A stretch of 64,000 nt of DNA, from positions 10,461 to 74,460 of the IMG/VR virus record IMGVR_UViG_3300013233_000167, one strand, 5' to 3'. The DNA is from a virus. The position numbers and the translations under genes are program-made. Positions 55,549 through 63,854 of this stretch are shown one piece after another. Positions within the stretch are counted from its first letter, which is position 1. Each line of letters starts with the position of its first letter. The notes beneath the pieces were generated by a model. That model did no database searches. It had not been told where the DNA came from and worked only from the letters and a program-made list of their open reading frames with translations.

Positions 55549-55863
55549 CTCGATCTTCCCTAGCAGTCGTTGTGCGACGGCCTCTACGTAAAGCCTTTCG
55601 AGAAACTCGTCTGCCGCAGCGGTGAACTCGCTTGGGTGCGCCTTGATGTTCACTCGCATCTTCGCCACGACGCGCGCCACCTCGCGGAGTGTGCGTCCGC
55701 GCAGCGTAGCGATATCGAGAATGAACTCCTCGCGGACATCGCGGAATGTCCGGTCCCCAGCGGGCGTAAGCAACAACAGATGCTCATCGTCGCACACGCT
55801 CACCATCGGTAAGTCCGGGAGCCTCACGATGGTCGAGCTGAATATCCGTTCGCCGCGCTTCAT
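55546..55863 (-). CDS. hypothetical protein
   Basis: ATG lies inside the 22-bp direct repeat. Confidence 0.55.
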   Translation of the reverse strand: MKRGERIFSSTIVRLPDLPMVSVCDDEHLLLLTPAGDRTFRDVREEFILDIATLRGRTLREVARVVAKMRVNIKAHPSEFTAAADEFLERLYVEAVAQRLLGKIE

Positions 55864-56228
55864 AGTGCTTCGAGCTTCTGGTTGTCGCGGAGTGTATCGA
55901 CTCAAAGTCTCTACCGAATAGATTCACGCAGGTCTCACGATTTTCCGCACCCAACCTCTATCACTACGATGGCGGTAGTAAGTCTCCCACACGCCGGGCT
56001 CGATCTCCCGCGAGCTTCGCACGTCCCACGTCTCGTCTGAGTGCATCGGCCCGGGCGATTGAGTCAGGGGCATGTTCTTGAGACCTTCGGAACCGTCCGC
56101 GTTCCAGATAGTTGCGTAGGCGCGGATACGACTCATATCAATGCCGGCAAGCACCTGCTCGGGCGTCTCCAGTCGAAAATCAATCTCGCCATGCTTGATG
56201 TTTCTGTTCATAGTGCTTCGAGCTTCTG
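55859..56228. repeat. 22-bp perfect direct repeats TTCATAGTGCTTCGAGCTTCTG (55859-55880 and 56207-56228)
   Basis: Read directly; they flank one gene. Confidence 0.9.
55924..56211 (-). CDS. hypothetical protein
   Basis: MNRNIKHG start inside the direct repeat. Confidence 0.55.
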   Translation of the reverse strand: MNRNIKHGEIDFRLETPEQVLAGIDMSRIRAYATIWNADGSEGLKNMPLTQSPGPMHSDETWDVRSSREIEPGVWETYYRHRSDRGWVRKIVRPA

Positions 56229-56942
56229 ACGCACGGCGTCGGTCACGATGGTCTGGTTGCGGCGGCACCCTTCTAGGTACAGCTCCAGGTCGAACGGGTA
56301 TCCCAGGTGCTCAATCACGTTGAAATGCGGTAAGCCAGTGTCTTGAAGGGGCTTCAACTTCTTGCGGACTCCCGACTCCACGACCGAGGGCTCGTCGAAC
56401 ATCAGCTCCCACTCCGTCTCGATGCCCCTGCCACGCTTGCGGATGATGAGGTCACAGCCTTCGTCCAGGTCAGTCACGTCGAGCGGCTCCTCCAGCCACT
56501 CCGTCTCCGGCGGCGGGTTCGCGCGAGCGAGTGCTTCCGCGAGCGTGATGTCTCCCGGCATCTCGTCTAGGCGTTCTACGATCAGCTCGGGGCGCGTTAT
56601 CGGATGTGTCGTGCCCAGCATCCGCTGGACGATCGGCCCGTAGGCCCGCTTCGGCAGATGCACGAGCTTGACCTCATCCTCCTGCGGTTCGTAGCACGGC
56701 GCGACGAACCATTCCCACGAGAGCACCGAATGCTCGCTCGGTCGGCGCATGTCCCAAAGGGGGTCGGGCGCACCGTACGTGCCGGGGCTCAGCGCCACCG
56801 GGTTGTCTCGGTCGAACTTGACGACGCCGCTCGCCTTCCTCCCGCGCAGCATGAACTGCCTCACGAGGAAGCCAGGTTCGCCGTAGTGCCACGGCAAAAG
56901 ACGGATGCGCTTGGACCCTTCGATTCTCATTATCTTCATCAC
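56208..56942 (-). CDS. second gp32-like SSB paralogue (no tails)
   Basis: RIRLLPWH, LPKRAY..IV and DVTDLDEGCDLIIRKRGRGIETEW align by eye with 29624..30982. Confidence 0.6.
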   Translation of the reverse strand: MMKIMRIEGSKRIRLLPWHYGEPGFLVRQFMLRGRKASGVVKFDRDNPVALSPGTYGAPDPLWDMRRPSEHSVLSWEWFVAPCYEPQEDEVKLVHLPKRAYGPIVQRMLGTTHPITRPELIVERLDEMPGDITLAEALARANPPPETEWLEEPLDVTDLDEGCDLIIRKRGRGIETEWELMFDEPSVVESGVRKKLKPLQDTGLPHFNVIEHLGYPFDLELYLEGCRRNQTIVTDAVRQKLEAL

Positions 56943-58468
56943 TTCACCACCTGAAAAGATGCCTTGCCTTCGTCGATGACCATATATGCCAACGCAACGC
57001 CGAGTTCTGTCTGCGACTCGTGGAACCTCTCATTGAGGTGGCTGCCGCTGTACTCGTGGCCTAGCTCGTGCACGAGCAGCTTGAGGTGCTTCGGCATGAG
57101 CACTGTCGCGTCGAGCGCGTCCTGGAACCACCGCTGCGTGAGCGAGCGCAGGTTTAGCAGGATCGTACGGTCCTCGTAGCACGCAGCAGGCGCGCGCCCG
57201 TGACTCGACTTCAACTGCTTGACGATGCGAACCTCGACGTGCGCGCCGATCAGCTTGGAGCCGAGGAACTCGAAGGCGTCGCACACCTCGATGCCACCGG
57301 GCGGGTACTGCTCGCGCGGGATCGTCACGTCTTCGCCGGTGTCACTGAACACCGCCGCGCTCGACGGCGTGACCTTCCCGGCGGGCCGGATCGTCTCGTG
57401 CTCACGCACGTTCTTCCAGACATCGGCCGGGAGCGAGCCGCCGTGCACGACCGCGTAGCCCTTGCTCATGGCGATCTGCGAGCCCTCCTTGTCGCTCGGG
57501 TCGTAGGCCACCCGCTTCTTGCCGAAGCGCAGGTCCATGATGTGCGTGAGCACCTCGGGTAGCGGCGCGGGGTTCGTGTGGCCGAGCGCCTCCGTGACCC
57601 ACGGCTCCTTCACGGCAGCCTCGTCTGTGATGCGCTCGTACCCGTGGTTCAGGACATGCGCGCGCAGGCGTCTCAGGAAGGCGGGCGTCACGTTGTCGCG
57701 GTCCACGTTGAGCGGGACCTTCTGGTGCACGTCGATGTCGAACGGTCCGCCGATCTCGACGACCGGGATCCCCAGCTCGAAGAGCCACCCGACGCACTCG
57801 GTCGCGTCCCACACCTCGACCTTGCCGATGCGCTGCGTCGGCCGAATTGTACCCTCGTCGTCGGACAGCTCGGTCTGGAGACGCGCCTCAAACGTGAGCC
57901 CGCACGGGATGATGCGCCGGAAGTGGTGCTCCATCGGATCGCCGCCGAAGCCGATGAACTCGATCGTCGTCGTGACGCCCTCGGGCACGTAGAGACTGTC
58001 GAGTCCGTAGTACGCAAGCTCCGCGTCTTCGCGCGTCATGTTCATCGTCGCAGAGATCGACGTGCCTCGTGCGCGTGACGCGCTCGAACGTCGCGTCGTC
58101 CCGTCGGATCGGAAGTTCAGAGTGCCGCCCGTGGAGCAGATCGACGCCTTAGTGCACAACGAAAGGAACAATTTTTCGCCGACGTTGAATCGTCCGCGCT
58201 GCCTTGCGTCGCTCTTCTTCTTCGAGGCCGCGAAAAGCACGCGCGCCTCTTCGAGATCGACGAAGCCGAGCGTCGAGTTGTCGTCACACCGCACCTCGAC
58301 CTTCGGTGAGTTCGGAACCGCCGTGACGGTCAACGTCACCTCGGTCACACCCTCCTCGTCCCATGCGTTCGAGATCAGCTCGAAGAATGGAGCAGCCGGG
58401 CCACGTCGCGCATACACCTGCGCGAGCCCCTCCTTGTCTACGCGAAACCAGTCGTTCGTTCTTGTCAT
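56939..58468 (-). CDS. GHKL (HATPase) ATPase with C-terminal HExxH motif
   Basis: ELISNAWDE, DDN..G, GRFNVGEK, GT; C-terminal LLVHELGHE. Confidence 0.8.
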   Translation of the reverse strand: MTRTNDWFRVDKEGLAQVYARRGPAAPFFELISNAWDEEGVTEVTLTVTAVPNSPKVEVRCDDNSTLGFVDLEEARVLFAASKKKSDARQRGRFNVGEKLFLSLCTKASICSTGGTLNFRSDGTTRRSSASRARGTSISATMNMTREDAELAYYGLDSLYVPEGVTTTIEFIGFGGDPMEHHFRRIIPCGLTFEARLQTELSDDEGTIRPTQRIGKVEVWDATECVGWLFELGIPVVEIGGPFDIDVHQKVPLNVDRDNVTPAFLRRLRAHVLNHGYERITDEAAVKEPWVTEALGHTNPAPLPEVLTHIMDLRFGKKRVAYDPSDKEGSQIAMSKGYAVVHGGSLPADVWKNVREHETIRPAGKVTPSSAAVFSDTGEDVTIPREQYPPGGIEVCDAFEFLGSKLIGAHVEVRIVKQLKSSHGRAPAACYEDRTILLNLRSLTQRWFQDALDATVLMPKHLKLLVHELGHEYSGSHLNERFHESQTELGVALAYMVIDEGKASFQVVK

Positions 58469-58477
58469 GTGTCTTTC

Positions 58478-58555
58478 CGTTGTCTTGCGCTTGCGCGCGT
58501 CTGGATCCGAATGCGGTCCACAGTCAGTATCGACAGTTCGCCCCCTTGGACTTGA
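58478..58555 (-). promoter_or_regulatory. sigma28-like promoter plus conserved hairpin leader, copy 3
   Basis: TCAAG(58555-58551)-N16-GTCGATAC; CGGATCCAGA C GCGC GCAA GCGC AA GACAACG (58509-58478). Confidence 0.75.
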
Positions 58556-58666
58556 GCCGGTCTGCCGCTTGTGCTCCGAAGCCTACCCCGAGAAAAGCCC
58601 ACAGGCACGCCTCACGGGCGTTTTTCTCCGTCACGCGGACCTTTTTGGTGAAATCAAGGTCCGCGC

Positions 58667-58756
58667 TCAAGTTCTCGGGGTAGGCTGCCGATACAGGAAG
58701 AGCGCGGGGAGGTCATCCCCGGCACGGACCCAGAAGCCCTCAAGGGCGGGACAACG
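58667..58756 (+). promoter_or_regulatory. sigma28-like promoter plus conserved hairpin leader, copy 4
   Basis: TCAAG-N15-GCCGATAC(58687-58694); CGGACCCAGA A GCCC TCAA GGGC GG GACAACG (58725-58756). Confidence 0.75.
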
Positions 58757-58770
58757 GAAAGACAAAGACC

Positions 58771-59817
58771 ATGACTTCAACGCTTCAACTCCGACCGACT
58801 CAGCTCGCCGAACTTCTCTCAGCCGCGATCCCTGCGAAACTTCCCGTTCTCGTGACCGGCGCACCCGGCATCGGCAAGTCCGATGTCGTTGCCCAAGCTG
58901 CCGCCGCCGCCGGTGCCGACATGATCTTGTCGCACCCCGTCGTCGCCGACCCGACCGATGCGAAGGGTCTCCCGTGGGCAACCGAGGGCGCGGAGGAAGC
59001 GACCTTCCTCCCCTTCGGTGAAATGGCGCAGGCGCTCAAGGCAACGAAGCCTGCCGTCTGGTTCCTCGATGACCTCGGCCAAGCAAGTAAGGCTGTGCAA
59101 GCATCGTTCATGCAGCTCTTGCTCGCTCGTCGCGTCAACGGACACAAGCTGCCCGACTGCGTGACGTTCATGGCGGCCACCAACCGCCGCACTGATCGCG
59201 CCGGTGTCTCCGGGATCCTGGAGCCGGTCAAGAGTCGCTTCACCACGATCGTCGAGCTGGAGCCGAACCTCGACGACTGGTCGCAGTGGGCGCTCGACAA
59301 CGACGTGCCGGTCGAGTTGATCGCCTTCCTGCGCTTCCGCGCTGACCTGCTGAACGACTTCAAGCCGTCGGCTGACCTGACCAACAGCCCGAGCCCCCGT
59401 ACGTGGGCGAACGTCGGCAAGCTCCTCAAGCTCGGCCTCAGCTCCGACCTGGAGTACACGGCGATCGCCGGTGCGGTCGGCGAAGGCGCTGCCGCCGAAC
59501 TCATGGGCTTCCTTCGCCTGTACCGCGAGCTGCCCAACATCGACGGGATCCTGCTCGACCCGGACAGCGAGCCGCTGCCCGATCAGCCCGCCGCGATGTA
59601 CGCGACCGTGACGGGCCTCGGCGCTCGGGTCACCGAAGAGAACGGCTCGCGCGTCCTGCGCTACGCCGAGAGGCTCATGGAGAGCGGTCAGGGCGAGTTC
59701 GCCGTCGTCCTGGTACGAGACGCCATCCGCAAGGTCCCGGCCGTCAAGGAGACCCGGGAGTTCGTCCGGTTCGCCTCTGGCGAGTTCTCGACCCTCCTGA
59801 CCGGGGGCGCGGCCTGA
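58771..59817 (+). CDS. MoxR-like AAA+ ATPase
   Basis: GAPGIGKS, FLDDLGQA, AATNR, V.SRF and PSPRTW motifs. Confidence 0.88.
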   Translation: MTSTLQLRPTQLAELLSAAIPAKLPVLVTGAPGIGKSDVVAQAAAAAGADMILSHPVVADPTDAKGLPWATEGAEEATFLPFGEMAQALKATKPAVWFLDDLGQASKAVQASFMQLLLARRVNGHKLPDCVTFMAATNRRTDRAGVSGILEPVKSRFTTIVELEPNLDDWSQWALDNDVPVELIAFLRFRADLLNDFKPSADLTNSPSPRTWANVGKLLKLGLSSDLEYTAIAGAVGEGAAAELMGFLRLYRELPNIDGILLDPDSEPLPDQPAAMYATVTGLGARVTEENGSRVLRYAERLMESGQGEFAVVLVRDAIRKVPAVKETREFVRFASGEFSTLLTGGAA

Positions 59818-59839
59818 TCTGAGATTTCTCCGGGAGCCC

Positions 59840-59918
59840 TCAAGGTTCCCGGCCCACCTGGACGAAGAAGACCCTGTAAACGACACCGGACCCAGACGCC
59901 CGCGAGGGCTCGACAACG
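59840..59918 (+). promoter_or_regulatory. sigma28-like promoter plus conserved hairpin leader, copy 5
   Basis: TCAAG-N16-GACGAAG(59861-59867); CGGACCCAGA C GCCC GCGA GGGC TC GACAACG (59887-59918). Confidence 0.75.
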
Positions 59919-59927
59919 GAGACCAGA

Positions 59928-60857
59928 ATGAACGCACTGAACATGACCGCCACCCCGCCCGCCGATCAAGGCATCCACTCCCGCGCCATGCTGGTGCGCC
60001 TCGTGGTCACCGGCTGGAACGGCCGACGCTTCGACCGCAAAGTCACCGACGAGACCAACGCGCAGCACGCCGCGTCCAAGGACGCCGGACGCTACAACAA
60101 GGCTCTGCTCGGCGGCAAGAAGAACGCGCCCTCGCACGCCGATGCGATCGCCGCTGGTGGAGCCGCTCGTCGTACCTTCTACAAGCAGACGCTCGCTTGG
60201 TCCGACGAGGGCTGGCGACTGCTCCCGACCGCCAACTACGAGAAGTTCGTCGATGCGATGCGCAAGTCGCGCGGTGCGTTCGAGGAATCGGTCGAGCAGT
60301 TCCTCGCCGACTACCCGACCTACCGCGAGCAGGCCCGCGCTCTGCTGAACGGCATGTACCGCGAAGACGACTACCCGAGCGTTGACGCCCTTCGCAGCAA
60401 GTTCAGCTACTCGATCGAGTTCAGCCCGGTTCCGAGCGCGGGCGACTTCCGCCTCGACCTGCCGAGCGATCAGCTCACCGAGATCGAGCGCAACACTTCG
60501 GCGCGCGTCGAGCAGGCCACCAAGGACGCGATGCGCGACGCTTGGTCGCGTCTGCAAGAGTCGGTCGAGAAGGTGCGCGAGCGGTTGACCGGCGTGGACG
60601 CCGAAGGCAAGCGCAAGGGAAAGCCCAAGACCTTCCACGACAGCCTAATCGACAACGCGGCGAATCTGGCCGACGCGCTGACCCGCCTGAACATCACGAA
60701 CGACCCCGACCTCGAAGCGATGCGCCAGCGAGTCGCCGACGAGCTGGCCGATCTGGAGCCCAAGACGCTCCGCGAGGATCCCAAGGCACGCGCCAAGGCC
60801 GCCAAGAGCGCGACCGACATCCTGTCCGCCATGAAGGGCCTGTACGGTGGGGAGTAA
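59928..60857 (+). CDS. helical phage protein (DUF3150-like as recalled), partner of the AAA ATPase
   Basis: AMLVRL...W...FD, TL.WSD.G.RLLP, DYP...L..KF and LN.TNDP.L patterns. Confidence 0.65.
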   Translation: MNALNMTATPPADQGIHSRAMLVRLVVTGWNGRRFDRKVTDETNAQHAASKDAGRYNKALLGGKKNAPSHADAIAAGGAARRTFYKQTLAWSDEGWRLLPTANYEKFVDAMRKSRGAFEESVEQFLADYPTYREQARALLNGMYREDDYPSVDALRSKFSYSIEFSPVPSAGDFRLDLPSDQLTEIERNTSARVEQATKDAMRDAWSRLQESVEKVRERLTGVDAEGKRKGKPKTFHDSLIDNAANLADALTRLNITNDPDLEAMRQRVADELADLEPKTLREDPKARAKAAKSATDILSAMKGLYGGE

Positions 60858-61041
60858 CGGCGACCTACGGATGGCCGTGCTGCTTGCGCTGATCGAGCAG
60901 CACGGTCCTTTGCCGTGCATCCACGTTGCGCGGGTGCTGCGGCACATCGAAGCGCACGCAGGGGGTGTCACGGTCCTTCCGAGGAGCGCTGTTGATATCT
61001 CAGCAAGAACTTTCCCGGAATCCGAGAAGGGCTCCAGTTAG
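60847..61041 (+). CDS. small hypothetical protein
   Basis: Fills the gap in the operon; weak support. Confidence 0.35.
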   Translation: MGSNGDLRMAVLLALIEQHGPLPCIHVARVLRHIEAHAGGVTVLPRSAVDISARTFPESEKGSS

Positions 61042-61068
61042 AAGGCCCTCGGGGTCGAGGAGTATGGT

Positions 61069-62325
61069 ATGGAAGCTCACATCAAGAAGATAATGGCCGC
61101 CCGCATGGCTCTCGTTTTGGACCAGCCCTTCTTTGGGGTGCTGGCGCTTCGCCTGCGCATCCAGCCGGACCCGAGCTGCAAGACCGCGTGGGTTGACGGC
61201 CGCACGATGGGCTACAACCCGAGCTTCGTCGAGGGCCTGTCCCATCCGCAGCTCGTCGGTCTCGTCGCTCACGAGGTCATGCACTGCGCGGCCGGTCACC
61301 CGTGGCGACGCGACGCCCGCGACCAAAAGAAATGGAACGTCGCGGCCGACCACGCGATCAACCCGATCCTGATCGACTCCGGCTTCAAGCTCCCCGAGGG
61401 CGCGCTGCTCGCCGACGAGAACCGGGGCAAGTCAGCCGAGTGGATCTACGATCGCCTGCCCCAGCCGCAAGAGCCCGAGCAGGGTGAGCCCGAGCAAGGC
61501 GACGGCGAGCAAGGCTCCAGCGAGTCGAGCGACCAACCGGACGACGACACGCAAGACGACGCCGACGAGAACGCCGAAGACGACGAAGGCGACGAGACCC
61601 AAGGCGCGGGCCAGGACGACGATGACGACGCCGAGCCCGATCAGCCCGGCGAAGTGCGTGACGCGCCTCCCGACACGACCGAAGACGGCACGACCGAAAG
61701 CGATTGGAAAGCCGCCGTTCAGCAAGCCGCGAACGCCGCCGCCGCGCAAGGCAAACTCCCCGGCGCGTTGAAGAGGTTCGCCGACGACGCCGCCGAGACG
61801 AAGGTAGACTGGCGCTCGGCGCTGCTCCGCTTCGTCCAGGAGACGAAGGCCAGCGACTACACCTGGAAGCAGCCGAATCGCCGCTACGCTGCTCGCGGGC
61901 TGTATCTGCCCTCGTTGCACAGCGAAGAGATGGGACCGATGGTCATCGCCATCGACACGAGCGGCTCGCTCGACGCCGTGATGCTCAGCCAGTTCAACGC
62001 CGAGGTCAGCGCGATCGTTGACCAGATGAACCCCACCCGGGTCCACGTCATGTACTGCGACTCGGAAGTCCGCCGGACCGACACGTTCGAGCGAGACGAC
62101 GAGATCGAGTTCGACGCGGTTGGCGGTGGCGGCACCAAGTTCGGCCCGGTCTTCGATGCGATCGACGAGCTGGACGAGGTTCCGGCGTGCGTCGTGTACT
62201 TGACCGACCTGGAGCCCTGGGGCGAGAACGGCTGGCCCGCGCAAGAGCCCGAAGTTCCGACCTTGTGGGCCGCGACGAAGCGCCACGAAGTTCCGTTCGG
62301 CGAAGTCCTCCTGGTGAACGAATGA
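61069..62325 (+). CDS. HExxH metallopeptidase-like domain plus vWA domain protein (DUF2201-like)
   Basis: PFFG, AHEVMH, WN.A.D..IN, acidic linker, MIDAS IDTSGS, GGGGT.F and YLTD motifs. Confidence 0.88.
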   Translation: MEAHIKKIMAARMALVLDQPFFGVLALRLRIQPDPSCKTAWVDGRTMGYNPSFVEGLSHPQLVGLVAHEVMHCAAGHPWRRDARDQKKWNVAADHAINPILIDSGFKLPEGALLADENRGKSAEWIYDRLPQPQEPEQGEPEQGDGEQGSSESSDQPDDDTQDDADENAEDDEGDETQGAGQDDDDDAEPDQPGEVRDAPPDTTEDGTTESDWKAAVQQAANAAAAQGKLPGALKRFADDAAETKVDWRSALLRFVQETKASDYTWKQPNRRYAARGLYLPSLHSEEMGPMVIAIDTSGSLDAVMLSQFNAEVSAIVDQMNPTRVHVMYCDSEVRRTDTFERDDEIEFDAVGGGGTKFGPVFDAIDELDEVPACVVYLTDLEPWGENGWPAQEPEVPTLWAATKRHEVPFGEVLLVNE

Positions 62326-63263
62326 AGCCCAAGAAACCGATGTCCGCGTCCGCCCGCGTCATGCAGGCCGGACGCGGCTTGTCTGTAAGTCAATTCTCCC
62401 GCATGGCGAACGATATGCACGGCGGGATCAGCTACACGGGCTGCTCAAAGGGCAGCATCGTGAAGGCGCTGCTGAACGGCGAGCTAGGTCAGAAGCCGTA
62501 CACGGCCAACGAGGTCATCGCAGAGATCAAGCGCGTGAAGGACGAGAGCAACGCCGCGCAGGTCGAGCAAGCGACGCTCACGCGCGCCCGTCGTCGCAGG
62601 TGCGACTACGAAGACCTGCCGCGCCACGAATCGCACGGGCTCATCGGGATCAGTCGCGTACAAGGCATCGCCAATCTGCACGGCAGTCCGATCAAGTCGC
62701 ACGGTTTTATCGAGCTGCACATCCACGAAGGTCATCGCAAGGCAGGGCTCGGCGGAGAGCACTACCACGACGGCAAGATCATCGCGTGCGTGCGCCTTAG
62801 CGAGACGCAGTTCGCGCAGATGATTACGACGCCCAACATGGGGTGCGGGGTGCCGTGCACGCTCACCCACTACCGCGACGGCGACCGACTCAAGCAGTGT
62901 GAGGACCCGCCCGCCGAAGAGAGCGTCAGCTCGATCACGCGCCGCCAGTTCAAGGAGGACGTGCAAGACTCGATGGCGACCATGAAGGCCACGCGCCGCA
63001 GGATCGAAAAGAAGCTCAGCGAAGGCAAGCTCTCGAAGAAGCTGCAAGACGAGTTGCGCAGCGAGATCTTCGAGCTGTTGCGAATATTCGAGGACAGCGC
63101 GCCGTTCGTGATGGAGAGGTTCGAGGAGAACGTGCAGGCCACCGTCGCCACGGCCAAAACCGAGTTGGCGAGTTACGTGTCGCTCGTCGCTCAGAAGAGA
63201 GGACTCGAAGCGTTGCGCGAAGACACAGAGTTTCAACTGCTAATCGAAGAAGACGATGGATAA
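62322..63263 (+). CDS. hypothetical protein
   Basis: ATGA-coupled; H.S.G.I..SR..G...L.GS...V.LS..QFA.......G.GVPCTL pattern. Confidence 0.7.
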   Translation: MKPKKPMSASARVMQAGRGLSVSQFSRMANDMHGGISYTGCSKGSIVKALLNGELGQKPYTANEVIAEIKRVKDESNAAQVEQATLTRARRRRCDYEDLPRHESHGLIGISRVQGIANLHGSPIKSHGFIELHIHEGHRKAGLGGEHYHDGKIIACVRLSETQFAQMITTPNMGCGVPCTLTHYRDGDRLKQCEDPPAEESVSSITRRQFKEDVQDSMATMKATRRRIEKKLSEGKLSKKLQDELRSEIFELLRIFEDSAPFVMERFEENVQATVATAKTELASYVSLVAQKRGLEALREDTEFQLLIEEDDG

Positions 63264-63453
63264 CACACACACACCAAAGAAACTCTCGGAAGAACTACCT
63301 CTGAGCCTTCAAGCGTACGAGCGCGCGTGCGTCGAGCGCGCCATACGTGAGCATCCAAAGAGTACCGATGCCGCGCGCGCACTCTGCATCGGAAAGAGCA
63401 CGCTGTATCGAATGCTAAAGAGACACGCGATCAAAAGAGACCATCAGAAATGA
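63256..63453 (+). CDS. Fis-family helix-turn-helix protein
   Basis: YER..V.RA.......AARAL.IGKSTLYR.LK. Confidence 0.75.
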   Translation: MDNTHTPKKLSEELPLSLQAYERACVERAIREHPKSTDAARALCIGKSTLYRMLKRHAIKRDHQK

Positions 63454-63854
63454 AACAGCCTTGCAACAAATACTGGATTTTGGTTGGCCGCGAGGTCGTT
63501 CCCGCAACATTCCTCAAGTGGACGGAGTGGACCGAAACCGGCACGCGACACGTCGCGTGCGACTACTTACAGTCCGAACGGTACGGAACGATCCGCGTCT
63601 CTACCGTCTGCCTCGGGATCGACCACAGCTTCGGATGCGGCGAGCCCATCCTTTTCGAGACGATGGTGTTCCGCGAGAAAGGCACGGACAAGTACGGGAT
63701 GCCTCCGCCCGACGATCTCGTATGCAGTGGCTTTTGGGGCGAGATGCATCGCTACCACACCTACGATGAAGCCGAAGCCGGGCACACCGACATCCTGACG
63801 AAGCTCTCCGACAGCGGGTGTACGCCGGTACGCGGACCGCTGCGCAAAGATTAG
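63450..63854 (+). CDS. hypothetical phage protein
   Basis: VSTV.LGIDH.F....P.LFETMVF...Y.T..EA..GH pattern. Confidence 0.7.
   Translation: MKQPCNKYWILVGREVVPATFLKWTEWTETGTRHVACDYLQSERYGTIRVSTVCLGIDHSFGCGEPILFETMVFREKGTDKYGMPPPDDLVCSGFWGEMHRYHTYDEAEAGHTDILTKLSDSGCTPVRGPLRKD

Noticed and set aside
181-58400. Numerous long plus-strand ORFs (e.g. 1262..2602, 11289..12359, 14126..15454, 35513..36868, 36958..38307)
   Set aside because: Antisense shadows of well-supported minus-strand genes in GC-rich DNA; no recognisable motifs.
58607-58628. ACGCC-TCACG-GGCGT-TTTT terminator-like hairpin in the divergent region
   Set aside because: Only a 5-bp stem and no plus-strand gene upstream to terminate; too weak to call.
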